A stretch of DNA of 64,000 bases from an uncultured Acidobacteriota bacterium (GCA_963836075.1 CAWIIB010000009.1:3296001-3360000); one strand, 5' to 3'. Positions 1 through 13,389 are shown, counted from the first letter of the stretch. Made by a program: numbers and translations. The notes: generated from the sequence alone by a model not told the origin.

Positions 1-13
1 TGTGCGAACCCAT
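1..13 (-). CDS. Possible 5' end of a gene truncated by the window edge
   Basis: - strand GGGAG followed by ATG GGT TCG CAC at position 13; only four codons visible. Confidence 0.3.
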
Positions 14-134
14 GGCACTACTCCCGTCAGTGGTGGGTGACAGCACCACGATCAGCGACCGGACAGCATCCGAAAATCAGTCCTAACAGGAATAACGATT
101 GTATTTCGAAATACAGGAGATTGCCCGAAAAGAA

Positions 135-965
135 TCAAGATGTTTCTACGGGAGAATCCACCACCGGCCAGATGGTGGGATCGGGCACGCAGTGCAGTTC
201 GGAGAAGTAGACGCTCTGCAGCAGCTGGGAGGCGTTGAGGAAAAGCTGGGTGTTGAAGCCGGGATCCCGGGCAAAGTTGAGCACGTTGCGCATCAGGCGG
301 GGCAGCGCCCCGGCCGGGGTCAGGGCGACTTCGGATGTTTTTTTGTCGCGGACGAGGAAGAAGATCTTCTCCACCGCTACGCCGCGGTTGGCGCCGCCGG
401 TGGCAAAGAGCCCCCAGAAGGGGGTGCCGAAGGCCTGGAACCGGCCGTCCACGGGCAGGATCACGCTCAGTTCGTCGGTGAGGTGGATGGAGTCGACCTT
501 GGCCATCTCGGAGATCTCGGATTTGCCCGACTCGGTCACCCCGGTGAAGACGTATCCCTTCTCGTTGCGCACCAACGAGGCAGCGTGGAGAAAGACCCCA
601 CCCAGTTTTACCGTGCAGATGGTGTAGAAGATCCGGTAGATGGCGTCGAAGCTGTAGATGTTGGGCAGCATCCGGGCGTGGGCCCGGCCTTCCTCCCACT
701 CCAGGTCCACGGTGAATTCCAACCGTCCGTAGCGGATGATCCCACCGTTGAATGAGACTTCGGGAATGCCGGGCTCCAGGCCGGCCATATGTGCGGAGAC
801 CACTCCGTTCAACTCGTCCACCAGGTCCACACGGAACTCCACCGCCGGGGAGGAGTTGGTGACCACGAAGGCACCATAGCGCTCGAGCACGTCCTCGATG
901 ATGTCATCGCGGTTGAATTCGAAACGGCAGGCGATGCCACCAACCTCGAGGGTGATCTGCTGCAC
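135..965 (-). CDS. HPr kinase-related P-loop protein (HprK-like C-terminal kinase fold)
   Basis: 276-aa ORF with LHAAS motif, Walker-A-like GVTESGKS, LTDE and GTPFWG motifs typical of HprK-related kinases; GGAGG upstream of the GTG start. Confidence 0.7.
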   Translation of the reverse strand: MQQITLEVGGIACRFEFNRDDIIEDVLERYGAFVVTNSSPAVEFRVDLVDELNGVVSAHMAGLEPGIPEVSFNGGIIRYGRLEFTVDLEWEEGRAHARMLPNIYSFDAIYRIFYTICTVKLGGVFLHAASLVRNEKGYVFTGVTESGKSEISEMAKVDSIHLTDELSVILPVDGRFQAFGTPFWGLFATGGANRGVAVEKIFFLVRDKKTSEVALTPAGALPRLMRNVLNFARDPGFNTQLFLNASQLLQSVYFSELHCVPDPTIWPVVDSPVETS

Positions 966-1043
966 GGAAGTATCCCTCCTGATGCGGTTCTGCCATTGAG
1001 ACGGGGATGGCCGCGGAATACCGGCCCGGGAGAGCGCGGATCG

Positions 1044-1985
1044 TCAGTCGAGGATGAACCACTTGGGGTTCATCCGCTTCCCGTCTACCTGCACCTCGTA
1101 GTGCAGATGCGGGCCGGTGCTCCGGCCGGAGTTGCCCACGTAGGCGATCACGTCACCGCGTTTCACGGTCTGGCCCTGGCGGACGTTGTACTCCTTGAGG
1201 TGACCGAAGATGGTTTTGAACCCATCGCCATGGCTGACTTCGAGGATCTTGCCGCCGCGCCGGTCTTTGTAGACCCTGGTCACCTTGCCGTCGGCCGGCG
1301 AGATGATCTCGGTGCCCGGCAGGGCCGAGATGTCGATGCCGTGGTGGAAGGCCTTTTTCCTGGTGAACGGGTCGACTCGCCAGCCAAAGGAACTGGAGTA
1401 GAACCCGACGCCCGGCTCCACGGGCCGGATGGACGGGGTGTGGGCCAGCGTGTCCTCCTGGTCCTCGTAGTGCGATTCCAGGTTCTTGAGGCTCTCCTCG
1501 ATGTTGTTGGACTGCTGATCGAGCTCAGCCATCTCGCTGCGGAGGGTTGCCGATTCACCGCCCGGAAGCTGGGTATCTCCATGGGGTACGAACTCGCTGG
1601 AGTTCTCGCCATCGGGGATGTCTCCCACGCCCTCTTCCAGATTCTGTCTGGACGTGAAGTTGTTCCGGATTCCGGCGATCACGGAGAGCTTGGTGGTGGT
1701 GGCCTCCAGGGAAACCAGTCGCTCCCGCATTTTTTGCGCGGCGATTTCCACCCTGGCGTTTTCCACTCGCAGTGCCTGGTTCTCTTCCTCAACGCTGGAC
1801 AGTCCAGCCAGCTGGTAGCGCAGTTTGAAGTTCTCCACCAGTGAGTAACCGGAAAAAAGGACCACTGCTATGGCGACAACAGCGCTGCCGATGAGTAGCC
1901 GCTGGGAGACGTTGAATTTTTTGAAAACGTGCCTGGCGCCGGGAATGACGATCAGCGTTATCTGCTTATGCAGCATGTAGTGCAT
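1044..1985 (-). CDS. M23 family metallopeptidase (murein endopeptidase-like) with N-terminal TM helix and coiled coil
   Basis: HHGIDIS (HxxxD) and STGPHLHYEV (HxH) motifs; N-terminal hydrophobic helix; start may be 1976. Confidence 0.92.
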   Translation of the reverse strand: MHYMLHKQITLIVIPGARHVFKKFNVSQRLLIGSAVVAIAVVLFSGYSLVENFKLRYQLAGLSSVEEENQALRVENARVEIAAQKMRERLVSLEATTTKLSVIAGIRNNFTSRQNLEEGVGDIPDGENSSEFVPHGDTQLPGGESATLRSEMAELDQQSNNIEESLKNLESHYEDQEDTLAHTPSIRPVEPGVGFYSSSFGWRVDPFTRKKAFHHGIDISALPGTEIISPADGKVTRVYKDRRGGKILEVSHGDGFKTIFGHLKEYNVRQGQTVKRGDVIAYVGNSGRSTGPHLHYEVQVDGKRMNPKWFILD

Positions 1986-2366
1986 CTCCCCACGAGGACG
2001 AACTCAACCATCCCCGTTGTATGAAAGGCTACAACTTATTGAAAAAAATGCCGGTAAGGCAACAAACCGGCGTTTCATCCATTGCACATCGTTTGAACAC
2101 AATCGACGAATTCTTAACCGAAAGAGCCCCGTTTGTCAAGGAAACCTGACCCACCTGTGACATTGAAAATAGTTATCATAACGAATGTCATGTTGGGAGT
2201 TTCGTCAAAAAATCAACATGCAGGTGTTGACATGTCACTTCCATGACTCGTCTGTTGCACCGTACAATCTGCCGCCCCGGGTTTCCGGGAACTGTGCCAG
2301 CGGTTACAATGCCCGGCGCGGCTCTCGCCGCTTGAAACAGCGGGCCGCAAAGAAACGGAGAAGACG

Positions 2367-3272
2367 ATGGATGCACACCTGGGACAACTGGCCGCCCTGG
2401 CCACGGCCATCTGCTGGACCGTCACCGCCATGGCCTTCGAGTCGGCGGGCAAGCGGGTGGGTTCGCTGCCGGTGAACCTGTTGCGGCTGCTGATGGCCAT
2501 CGTCTTTCTCAGCCTCTACTCGCTGGTGATGCGCGGTCGGCTGTTTCCCACCGATGCTTCGGCGCACGCCTGGCTCTGGCTCTCGGTTTCCGGAATCATC
2601 GGCTTCCTGCTGGGCGATCTCTTCCTCTTCCGTGCCTTCGTGGTCATCGGCGCGCGGATTTCCATGCTGATCATGTCTGCCGTGCCGCCGATCACGGCAC
2701 TGCTGGGCTGGCTGTTGCTGGACGAACGGCTCAGTAGCACCAACCTGGTGGGCATGGGCCTGACCATGGCCGGAATTATCTGGGTTGTGCTGGAGCGGGG
2801 GAGGGGCGAAGCCGGCACGGCCGGGGAGTCCCGGGGATCCCGTCCGCTGGCCGGCATTCTGATGGCCTTCGGCGGCGCCTTGGGGCAGGCGGTGGGCCTG
2901 GTGCTGAGCAAGTACGGCATGGGCGACTACGATGCTTTCGCCGCTACCCAGATACGGATTATCGCCGGCGCCATCGGTTTTGTTCTTCTTTTCTTCATCC
3001 GTCCCACCTGGCGCAGGGTGGGGACGGCGCTCCGTGACCGCCCGGCCATGGGGCGTATTACCCTCGGTGCCTTTTTCGGACCGTTCCTCGGCGTATCGTT
3101 ATCGCTGCTGGCGGTGCAGTACACCGAGTCGGGCGTGGCGGCGACGATCATGTCCATCGTACCGGTGCTGATCATTGTCCCGGCGATCATCGTCTTCAAG
3201 GAGCGGCCCACGGTGCGGGAGGTGGTGGGGGCTATCGTGGCGGTGGCCGGCGTGGCGGTGATGTTCCTCTGA
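2367..3272 (+). CDS. DMT/EamA family transporter
   Basis: 301 aa, about 10 hydrophobic helices in two EamA-like halves (LLDERLS, VFKERPT). Confidence 0.9.
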   Translation: MDAHLGQLAALATAICWTVTAMAFESAGKRVGSLPVNLLRLLMAIVFLSLYSLVMRGRLFPTDASAHAWLWLSVSGIIGFLLGDLFLFRAFVVIGARISMLIMSAVPPITALLGWLLLDERLSSTNLVGMGLTMAGIIWVVLERGRGEAGTAGESRGSRPLAGILMAFGGALGQAVGLVLSKYGMGDYDAFAATQIRIIAGAIGFVLLFFIRPTWRRVGTALRDRPAMGRITLGAFFGPFLGVSLSLLAVQYTESGVAATIMSIVPVLIIVPAIIVFKERPTVREVVGAIVAVAGVAVMFL

Positions 3273-3302
3273 GGATCACCGCCGCCACGCCGTCCGGGTC
3301 TG

Positions 3303-5528
<2,226 letters not shown>

Positions 5529-5681
5529 GTTCTGTCCTCGTAGCAAAAGTGAGTTGTTTTTATGTATGTATAGCCGTCGATCCTGGCTCGATCGATGAAG
5601 GAGGTCCGCTACGGAAAGTGCCCTTCTCGGCAAGCGGAAGCAGCTGCAAAAACAGAAGAATAGGGGATAGGTCAACGTGCG

Positions 5682-7410
5682 TCAAGCGCTGCGCGACGCT
5701 TTCTCCAGCGCCCGGCGCAGCTTGCGGTTCCCGGCCAGCAGGCGCACGAACCCGCTCTCCTGTGGACGGCCCTTGGCCCGGATCAGCTCCACCAGGTCCT
5801 TCCTTTCCCCGGCGGGCCACTTCTCCAGGCCGGGGATCAGCGAGAACATCGGCGCCAGCCGCCGGAACCAGAGACGTTCCATGGCCGGCCACTTGTCACG
5901 GCCCCGGACGCCAAGCCCGGCGGCCAGCTGGTCCGCCGACCCGGCCAGCGCCTTCTCCCGGTCGCCGCCGAACCGTTCACCGATCAGCCGGGTGGTGGCC
6001 AGGCTCAGCCCGGTGAGCGGGAACGGGTCACGGATCTTCTCCGGGTCGCCCTTCATGGTGTAGTACATGTCGCTCACCGCCAGCTTCTTCAGCGTGGCGA
6101 TGGGGGTGCGGTAGCCCGGTCTGCGCCTGATCTTCTTCAGCTCTGCCTCGCCGAGGGTCCGGTACGTCCGGGTTTTCGGAGATGAACCCCAGCTTGCGGT
6201 AGAACCAGAAGGAGCCGGACTGCAGGCCCTCGTCGTTCTCGTAGCCCACCTGGTAGCGTTCCATGCGGAACCGGGTGCAGCCGAAGTGCTGGTGGAAGAC
6301 CCGCAGATACTGGGAGAAGATGTAGGCCGCCTCGCCGCCGCGCCAGGTGTCGAAGATGTTGATCGCGATCTCGCACTGGTCAAAGAGGATCGCCCCCACG
6401 CCGTAGCCGATGACGTAGCCGTTCTTGATGATCAGCGCGGCGTAGTCGCTCTCCACGGGCAGCCGGTAGTCCGGCTTCATGCCGAAGAGCACCAGCTGGT
6501 AGCCGCGGTTGCAGCGGGCCACGATCACCTCGTCCGGGGAGGCGTATTCCACGGGGTAGAGGCCCCGGTGACGGACGGCCAGGGCGCAGCGGATGGTTTT
6601 GATCAGCTGCCGGGCGGTCCGCGGCGAGGCGAGGCTGATCCGGTCCAGCGGCCGCTTCACCTCCCGGTTGAAGTTCTCCATCTTTCGCAGCAGCGGGCCC
6701 TCATGAAAGTAAGGAACGCCGCCGCTGACTTTTGCATGGGTCCGGCAGGCCGGCGAGTCGCCCAGCTGCCAGGCCACCGGCAGTTCCAGGGCGTCGTAGA
6801 GCTGCCGCTTGACCAGGTAGGGCACCTTCAGGCGGTCCAGCCGGGCCAGCAGCCACTGCAGCGCGCTTTGTCCATCCTGTCCCCGGGCCAGGTCGACCCA
6901 CTCCTCGGTTGAGACCGGGGCCAGGTCGAGACCGTCGCTTTCCGCCCAGGAGGCCAGCAGCGGCAGCAGGGCGTCGAGCTTTTCGGTGTCCTCGAACTCC
7001 TCCCACTGGATCTCCAGCTTCGGGCCATACCACTTCACCAGCTCGGCCACGGTGGTGTGGTCATACTGGTAACTCACCGCTGTTTCGGGGAGCGCTTCCT
7101 CGTCAAGTGCTTCCGCGGCATCCGGATCTTCTTCCCTGAGCCGCAGCACCCGCTGCCCGAAGCGGTCGCACTCCCGGCGGGTGATGCGGAACACCTCCCT
7201 GTCGTCGGGGTAGACACGGATAAAGAGCAACGCCTCGTGATACTCCAGCAGCAGTTCGGGGTCGAGAATCTCCGTCCCCGAGAGCTGCTGCAGCAGGGCC
7301 AGCTTCCACTGTCGCGGCTCTTCACCAAACTGGTTGCGCAGCTGGACCAGCAATCTGATCTGCTTGCCGAGGGATACTGGGAGACGCGGGATGGTGTTCT
7401 GTTTGGTCAT
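5682..7410 (-). CDS. Conserved-looking hypothetical protein (~575 aa) split by a +1 frameshift near 6162; GNAT-like motif
   Basis: ORFs 6028-7443 and 5682-6383 join as ...ENPDV/RTLGEAE... if one C is removed from GTACCGG (- strand); FWFYRKLGF resembles a GNAT motif; GAGGA before ATG 7410. Confidence 0.6.
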
Positions 7411-7516
7411 GGTTATCCTCGTATTTCGGTTGTGGGGCTTCATAGTAGGAGAGATTGTCGGGGATTTCCAGTGGCGGACCGCGATAATCGAGGTGCCGGC
7501 ACCCTTTTTTAAGCTG

Positions 7517-9058
7517 TCACCGGCCTAGCCAGAGCTTGCGGTCCAGCACCCGGTACCGGATCGCCTCGGCCACGTGCTCGGCCGCAACCCCCTTCGACCC
7601 CGCCAGGTCGGCCAGGGTGCGGCCCAGCTTCAGCACCCTGGCCCGGCTGCGGGCGCTCAGACCCAGCTGCTTCATCGCCCGGCGCAGCAGCGCAGCGGCA
7701 TCGGCGGGCAGGGCACAGACCGTTTCCAGTTCACGGGGTGACAATCCGGCATTGGTGGCCGCCCGGCCGTAGCGCTCGGCCTGCACCGCCCGGGCCGAGG
7801 CCACCCGTGCGGCCATCGCTTGCGACCCTTCGCCCCGCTCCACCGATTCAAGGTCCTCCAGCTTCACCGCCGGCACCTCCACCTGGATGTCGATGCGGTC
7901 GAGGAGCGGGCCTGAAATCCGCGAGAGGTAGCGCTGGATCTGTGGTGCGGAGCAACTGCACTCCCGCCGGGAATCACCCAGGAAACCGCAGGGGCAGGGG
8001 TTCATGGCTGCGGCCAGCATGAAGTCGGCGGGGAAGCGGGCGGTGCGGTTGCTTCGGGTGACGTGGATCACCCGCGATTCCAGCGGCTGGCGCAGCACTT
8101 CCAGCACGTGGCGGCGGAACTCGGGCAGTTCGTCGAGGAAGAGGATGCCGTTGTGGGCCAGGGTGGCTTCGCCTGGTGTGGGGACCTGGCCCCCGCCGAT
8201 CAGGCCCGGGGCAGTGATGGTGTGGTGGGGCGAGCGGAAGGGCCTCTGCCGCACCAGCCCGTGACCGTTGTGCGGCAGACCCGCCGCGCTGTAGATACAG
8301 CAGGACTCCAGCGCCTCGTCACCGGTCATCGCCGGCAGGATGGTGCGGATCCGGCCGGCCAGCATGGTCTTGCCCGACCCTGGCGGACCGATGAGCAGCA
8401 GGTTGTGACCCCCGGCCACCGCCGCCTCGATGGCCCGCTTGGCCTGTTCCTGGCCCTTGACGTCGGCGAAGTCCTCGTCCTCCCTGGTGGAATGTGTATT
8501 TCCCACTGCTACGATACCAGGAGGGCCACCGGGAAGGGGGGAGGGCTCCACCTGACCCCGCAGGATGGCCACGGCCTCGTCCAGCGAGTCCACCGGCAGG
8601 ACGTTCAGGCCGTCAACCAGCCCCACTTCCCGGGCATTCTCATGGGGCAGCATCAGGCCGAGGCCCAGACGGCGGGCCAGCAGAGCCGCCGGCAGGGCCC
8701 CGCGCACCGAGCGCAGGGTGCCGTCGAGGCTCAGCTCACCCATGGCGAGAAGCTTGCCCATGCTGCCCGGAGGCACCACGTCCGAAGCGGTGAGCACCCC
8801 CAGCGCGATGGGCAGGTCCAGGGCGCTACCCTCCTTGCGCAGGTCGGCCGGGGCCATGTTGATCACCAGCTTCTGCCGGGGGAATTCAAAGCCGGAGTTG
8901 ATGATCGCCGACTTGACCCTCAGCTGGCTCTCGCGCACCGCGGCATCGGGCAGACCGGCGATATGGACTCCGGGGATCCCGCGGAGCAGGTCAACCTCCA
9001 CCTGGACCCTGAGCGCTTCCACTCCCAGAAGGCTGGCTGTGACGACACGTGCGAGCAT
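7517..9058 (-). CDS. comM: YifB/ComM family Mg-chelatase-like AAA+ ATPase
   Basis: NMAPADLRKEGSALDLPIA, GPPGSGKTM, FRSPHHT, LFLDELPEF and MNPCPCG motifs; start set at MLARV. Confidence 0.93.
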   Translation of the reverse strand: MLARVVTASLLGVEALRVQVEVDLLRGIPGVHIAGLPDAAVRESQLRVKSAIINSGFEFPRQKLVINMAPADLRKEGSALDLPIALGVLTASDVVPPGSMGKLLAMGELSLDGTLRSVRGALPAALLARRLGLGLMLPHENAREVGLVDGLNVLPVDSLDEAVAILRGQVEPSPLPGGPPGIVAVGNTHSTREDEDFADVKGQEQAKRAIEAAVAGGHNLLLIGPPGSGKTMLAGRIRTILPAMTGDEALESCCIYSAAGLPHNGHGLVRQRPFRSPHHTITAPGLIGGGQVPTPGEATLAHNGILFLDELPEFRRHVLEVLRQPLESRVIHVTRSNRTARFPADFMLAAAMNPCPCGFLGDSRRECSCSAPQIQRYLSRISGPLLDRIDIQVEVPAVKLEDLESVERGEGSQAMAARVASARAVQAERYGRAATNAGLSPRELETVCALPADAAALLRRAMKQLGLSARSRARVLKLGRTLADLAGSKGVAAEHVAEAIRYRVLDRKLWLGR

Positions 9059-9271
9059 GGATGACCTGAAGCCGCTTTTGCAGCGCATCAATGAACTTCT
9101 GTTTTGATACAGAAGTGAATACGGCAGCAAGATCTGTTCCACGCCGAAGCAGTGCAAAAGAGATTGTGGTCAGGAGCGAGAGTGGTGATCGTCGGGTTTG
9201 TAGTGCCAACTGCCGGATTCATGCTGTTACGGGAAGTTGTCGAGCGATTGAAGAAATGACAGTCCGGGCAG

Positions 9272-11875
9272 CTAGCCGAAGAGCGGGTTTGCCCTGGGAT
9301 AGTCGGGTGGACCATCACCGTGGGCATTGTTCGCCCGCAGCGCTTTGGTCACCGTATCCCTGACCCCTTCGGAGTCCAGCGGCTTGGGCAGGACCCAGGG
9401 GCTGATCGAAGAGAGGAAATCGACAACCGCCCGGTTGTTCAGATCGCCGGTGGTGAAGACCACTCGCCCCTCCATGTCGGGGCGCTCGGAAATGATGGAG
9501 TGGTAGAGTTCCATGCCGTTCATTCCCGGCATTCGTATGTCGGTGATCACCAGATCGTAGGCCGTTGAGCGAACCTTGCGGCAGGCCTCTTCGCCATTGG
9601 AGGCGGTGTCCAGCCGGTGGCCGAGGTCGGCCAGGACATCGAGGAAGAGATCGATGATCATCGGCTCATCATCCACCACCAGGATGTTGGATACCCCTGA
9701 GTTGTTGAGGATGCGGTCCGCGTCTTCCGCCGGGTCCTCGCCGACAAATACCTCCTGATTCTCGAGGATCGGGAGTTCCACGACAAATGTCGTGCCTTCG
9801 CCCCTTCGGCTGCGGCAACTGATCTGTCCTCCGTGCTCCCGCACGATGCCGTAGGTCACCGAAAGGCCCAGGCCCGTTCCCCCTCCCTGCTCCCTGGTGG
9901 TGAAGAAGGGGTCGAAGATCCGCTTCCGCGTCGCCTCTTCCATTCCCTCGCCATTGTCGGTAACCGCGATGCGGATCATTCCGTCCTCGTGTGACGTGTG
10001 GACCACCAGGCACCCGGGACGATCCGGCAGTACCGTCATCGCCTGGCGGGCATTGTTGAACAGGTTGAGAAAGACCTGCTGCATCCGGTGGAAATCGAGC
10101 ATGGTTCGGGGGACCTCGGGACTCAGTTCACGTACCAGTTCGATCTGGTTCTCCTCAAACCTGTCCTTCAACAGCTCGAGGGTTTTTTCGAGGATACCGT
10201 TGACGCCGAGATATGTTCGTTCGGGCTGGTAGCCCCTGACAAATGAAAGCAGGTTCTGCACGATCTTCTGGCAGCGAATGGCTGAATCGTGAATTTTTCC
10301 CAACTCGCGGATCATCGGGCTGTTGGCGTTGCGGACCATGAGCAGTTGCGAGAAACCGAGGACGACGCTCAGGGGGTTGTTCAGTTCGTGGGTCACACCG
10401 GAGATGGCCTCACCGATGGCGGACAGTTTCTCCGCCTGCAGCAACTTTGACTGGGCCGCCTTCAGTTCGGTGACATCACGGCCCAGCCAGACGGTACCAT
10501 CGAGGTCGTTCTGCTCGTTGCGCAGGATCGACATGTTCAGTTCCAGTTTGACTTCGGAACCGCCCTTTCTGGACAGGCTGGCGGAATATCGCGTGATTTC
10601 TTTCATCTCGAGAATCCGGTCCACCAGACCGCTGTCCCTCTCTTCTTCGAAAAGAACCCGGAACGACTTGCCCAGCAAGTCGCTCTTGCTGTGGCCGGCA
10701 AGCCGTTCGGCGCTGTGGTTGAACTCTGTGATCAGGCCTTCGTTGTCCGTGGTGAGGATGAAGTCCGGGGAATGGTTCAGCACACGTTCCAGCTTGCGGA
10801 TGGTGAGGTGGCGGCCGCGCGACTCCTTGATCACCTGTCGGTGGAGCATCGCATTTTTGAAGGCGTTTGCCGACGCCCGGGCCACGGCAGTGCAGAACTT
10901 GATCTCCCTGGCGCTGAACTGCTGGTTGTCCCGGGCCGTCTTGAGACAGAGCGTACCCAGCAGATCGTCCCCGAAGGTCAGCGGGATTACGAGAATGGAT
11001 TGGAAGTTCAGGTCCTTGAGGATCTCCCTGACCTCGGCCATCAGCGGATCGCTGATCACATTCTGGACCACCACGGGATTCCGGGTCCGGATGGCTTCGC
11101 GGATTTCGGGATATTTATCGAGGTCGATCTCCAGCATGTAGACATCGGGGTCGTCGTGGGAAGACATGACCAGGCATTTCCTGGTGGTTTCGTCGAGGAA
11201 GAGAAGGGAGCACCGGACCGCCGGAACGATTTTGGTAATCTGGCGCACGATGCCGTGGGTCACCTCCCGCAGGTCCAGGGAGGACGTGATGGTTTCCAGA
11301 ATGTTCAGCAGGGCGGAGAGTTCACGAACCTCCTGTTGCTCCACTTCCGATTGTCGCCTGGAACGATGAATCGTTTCGGCCAAATAGTCATAGTACATCC
11401 CCACGGTGCAGAGAAACAGAATCTGGAGCACCAGGTTGTACTGCGACGAGCCGGCCACTCCGGTTTCCAGAACCAGCCATGAATGCAGGGCGCCCACGGC
11501 CAGGGCGCCGGCCAGCATGTGGGATCTGTAGTAGGTGAGCACGGCGACAAGGGCCATGAGAAAGTAAGAGATGAGGATGGCTTTGCCTACCGCGCCTCCC
11601 AGGAGAAGGATTCCGGTGACGATGAACACGATATCGACGGCGCCCACCGCCAGGTCGAAATGCGAGGCGCCCACCACTGGCAGGGGGGCCGCCAGCAGCA
11701 GAATATTGGAGAGGGCAAAGACCACCAGGAGCAGGACCGCGGCCGGACCCGCGCTCTCCACACCGGCGTCGAAGACCAGGCCGCCAAACGCCACGATCAG
11801 CGCGCCCCGAAGAAGAAATATATTGCGCTGCCTGGCGATAGCTGTCGAGGTCACTGTTGAACTGAGTGGCACCAT
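9272..11875 (-). CDS. Hybrid sensor histidine kinase (TM-GAF-PAS-HisKA-HATPase-REC)
   Basis: N-terminal TM helices, GAF-like and PAS-like regions, THELNNPL H-box, FDPFFTT and GTGLGLS boxes, C-terminal ILVVDDE...ITDIRMP receiver. Confidence 0.93.
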   Translation of the reverse strand: MVPLSSTVTSTAIARQRNIFLLRGALIVAFGGLVFDAGVESAGPAAVLLLVVFALSNILLLAAPLPVVGASHFDLAVGAVDIVFIVTGILLLGGAVGKAILISYFLMALVAVLTYYRSHMLAGALAVGALHSWLVLETGVAGSSQYNLVLQILFLCTVGMYYDYLAETIHRSRRQSEVEQQEVRELSALLNILETITSSLDLREVTHGIVRQITKIVPAVRCSLLFLDETTRKCLVMSSHDDPDVYMLEIDLDKYPEIREAIRTRNPVVVQNVISDPLMAEVREILKDLNFQSILVIPLTFGDDLLGTLCLKTARDNQQFSAREIKFCTAVARASANAFKNAMLHRQVIKESRGRHLTIRKLERVLNHSPDFILTTDNEGLITEFNHSAERLAGHSKSDLLGKSFRVLFEEERDSGLVDRILEMKEITRYSASLSRKGGSEVKLELNMSILRNEQNDLDGTVWLGRDVTELKAAQSKLLQAEKLSAIGEAISGVTHELNNPLSVVLGFSQLLMVRNANSPMIRELGKIHDSAIRCQKIVQNLLSFVRGYQPERTYLGVNGILEKTLELLKDRFEENQIELVRELSPEVPRTMLDFHRMQQVFLNLFNNARQAMTVLPDRPGCLVVHTSHEDGMIRIAVTDNGEGMEEATRKRIFDPFFTTREQGGGTGLGLSVTYGIVREHGGQISCRSRRGEGTTFVVELPILENQEVFVGEDPAEDADRILNNSGVSNILVVDDEPMIIDLFLDVLADLGHRLDTASNGEEACRKVRSTAYDLVITDIRMPGMNGMELYHSIISERPDMEGRVVFTTGDLNNRAVVDFLSSISPWVLPKPLDSEGVRDTVTKALRANNAHGDGPPDYPRANPLFG

Positions 11876-12140
11876 TTCAGCACGGTCACTTTCGATGGGG
11901 CAGAACCAATCGGTCCCCGGGATCAGGGCGGGGACCGGGCACTGCTAAACCATTGAATTCATGTATCCCCAGTTTCTTATCGAACAACGACCGGGAGTTC
12001 TGTAACCCTGATTCGGGAATTCGAAGCACTTCCCGACCGGGGAAATGGTCGAGAAGGGAGAGGTTGGAGACCATGCGGGAGGATGCTGGGAAATAGCTGA
12101 ACACTATGTGAAAAAAAGACTATACTTTTTTCAGCAAACA

Positions 12141-12149
12141 TGCTACAGT
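12141..12149 (+). promoter_or_regulatory. Candidate extended -10 element for the RRM gene leader
   Basis: TGcTACAGT in an AT-rich stretch immediately before a long hairpin. Confidence 0.35.
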
Positions 12150-12152
12150 GCT

Positions 12153-12458
12153 CCCACGTTTTCGGACATGTCGACACGATAGTGAAAGGGCGGTCTTGAG
12201 ATCGCCCTTTTTCTAGTTGTCGATAGGGGTCGAAAACCTGGGGCCGCTGCGGCGGCCGGGGCGGCACCCCTTTCAGACTGCCGGCCCGGTAAAGCTGTCG
12301 TGGCGGCTACTGTTGCTACTATGGGGCCTCAAGGTTTGAATGCTCAGAAAGGATGCGGAGACGGAAGATTAGAAGAAGAGGGCGCCGGAGGTCGATAGCA
12401 CCGGCCGGTGTCGTTAAGTGAACATCAGCCCCACAGGGGGCCCTCCGAGCATTCAGCC
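12153..12458 (+). other. Structured 5' leader or ncRNA candidate upstream of the RRM gene
   Basis: Rod-like ~90-nt imperfect hairpin at 12153-12243 plus long-range stem TGAATGCTC (12337-12345) / GAGCATTCA (12447-12455). Confidence 0.45.
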
Positions 12459-12498
12459 AAAGCTTGCTGAGCCGTGAGGACGAATTGAGAGAAAGACA

Positions 12499-12762
12499 AT
12501 GAGTAAGAATATCTACGTTGGCAACCTGTCCTTTGATTCCACTGAGAGTTCTGTCCGCCAGGCGTTTGAAGAGTTTGGCACCGTGGACGAAGTCAAGCTG
12601 ATCACCGACCGCGACACCGGCCGGCCCCGCGGCTTTGGTTTTGTCGTGATGTCTTCGGGCGGCGACGAGGCCATCCAGGCCCTCGACGGCAAAGAGCTCG
12701 ACGGCCGGAATCTGAAGGTTAATGAGGCTCGGCCTCGCGAGGAGCGTCGCCCCCGGTGGTAG
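12499..12762 (+). CDS. Single-domain RRM (RNP-1) RNA-binding protein
   Basis: RNP2 IYVGNL and RNP1 RGFGFV motifs; 87 aa. Confidence 0.96.
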   Translation: MSKNIYVGNLSFDSTESSVRQAFEEFGTVDEVKLITDRDTGRPRGFGFVVMSSGGDEAIQALDGKELDGRNLKVNEARPREERRPRW

Positions 12763-12782
12763 ACCTTCCCTAGTTGCCTGAT

Positions 12783-12822
12783 AAAAATGGGATGAAGCTT
12801 CAGGGTTTCATCCCGTTTTTTT
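12783..12822 (+). terminator. Intrinsic terminator, probably bidirectional
   Basis: AAAAATGGGATGAAGC-loop-GTTTCATCCCGTTTTTTT between convergent genes. Confidence 0.8.
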
Positions 12823-12844
12823 GTACGGCGGAGGAGGGGATTGT

Positions 12845-13363
12845 TCAGGCCGGTAAATCGATCCAGGGTTCCAGCAGTCTTTCCACTTCCCTGGCCACGG
12901 CGTTCAAGCCGGGGAGGGGGCCATCGGACGCGGTGAGCGAGGTGACGGTGACCAGGAACCGGCCGCTGTGGAATTCCAGGTAATAGCCGTAGCTTTGCCC
13001 GCCATCGCCAATATGGATGGCTGCGCCGCCTTCGCCGGCCCGGCGCTGGTAGATGCAGCCGGCCGCGGCGGTGTCCGACATTTCGAAGAGTTCCAGCATC
13101 AGCCGGCGTTGTTCTCCGTTGGCGTATTCCCTGGCCCTGACCTGCCGGAACCCGCACTCGATCCAGGTCGCTGCTCCACCGTTGATGTAGAGATAGAGAT
13201 CATCCTCGACGTAGTGCTGCGGGTCCCCGTCCGCCCGCCAGCCGGCAGCCTGATCAGGAAGTAGCGGAAGACCGGCCGAATGATCAGCGGGCGGCGTGCA
13301 GTGGACCAGCAGGCCTGCCGATGCCAGCACCGTCAGCAGCAGGGTGAAAACCGTCATCCGCAT
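12845..13363 (-). CDS. Secreted/lipoprotein, DUF6599-like
   Basis: Signal-like N-terminus ending near a Cys; LYLYINGGA and ELFEM motifs recalled from this family. Confidence 0.6.
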   Translation of the reverse strand: MRMTVFTLLLTVLASAGLLVHCTPPADHSAGLPLLPDQAAGWRADGDPQHYVEDDLYLYINGGAATWIECGFRQVRAREYANGEQRRLMLELFEMSDTAAAGCIYQRRAGEGGAAIHIGDGGQSYGYYLEFHSGRFLVTVTSLTASDGPLPGLNAVAREVERLLEPWIDLPA

Positions 13364-13389
13364 ATCCGCATGTTCCTTCGGGTGGCGCT

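Noticed and set aside
2157-2237. TGACATT...AATGTCA inverted repeat and TGACATGTCA palindrome in the M23/DMT divergent spacer
   Set aside because: Short, with no cognate regulator nearby; could be chance
12153-12243. 6S RNA, SRP RNA or tRNA identity for the rod hairpin
   Set aside because: Too short for 6S, no SRP GGAA-loop motif and no cloverleaf; kept only as an unassigned structured leader
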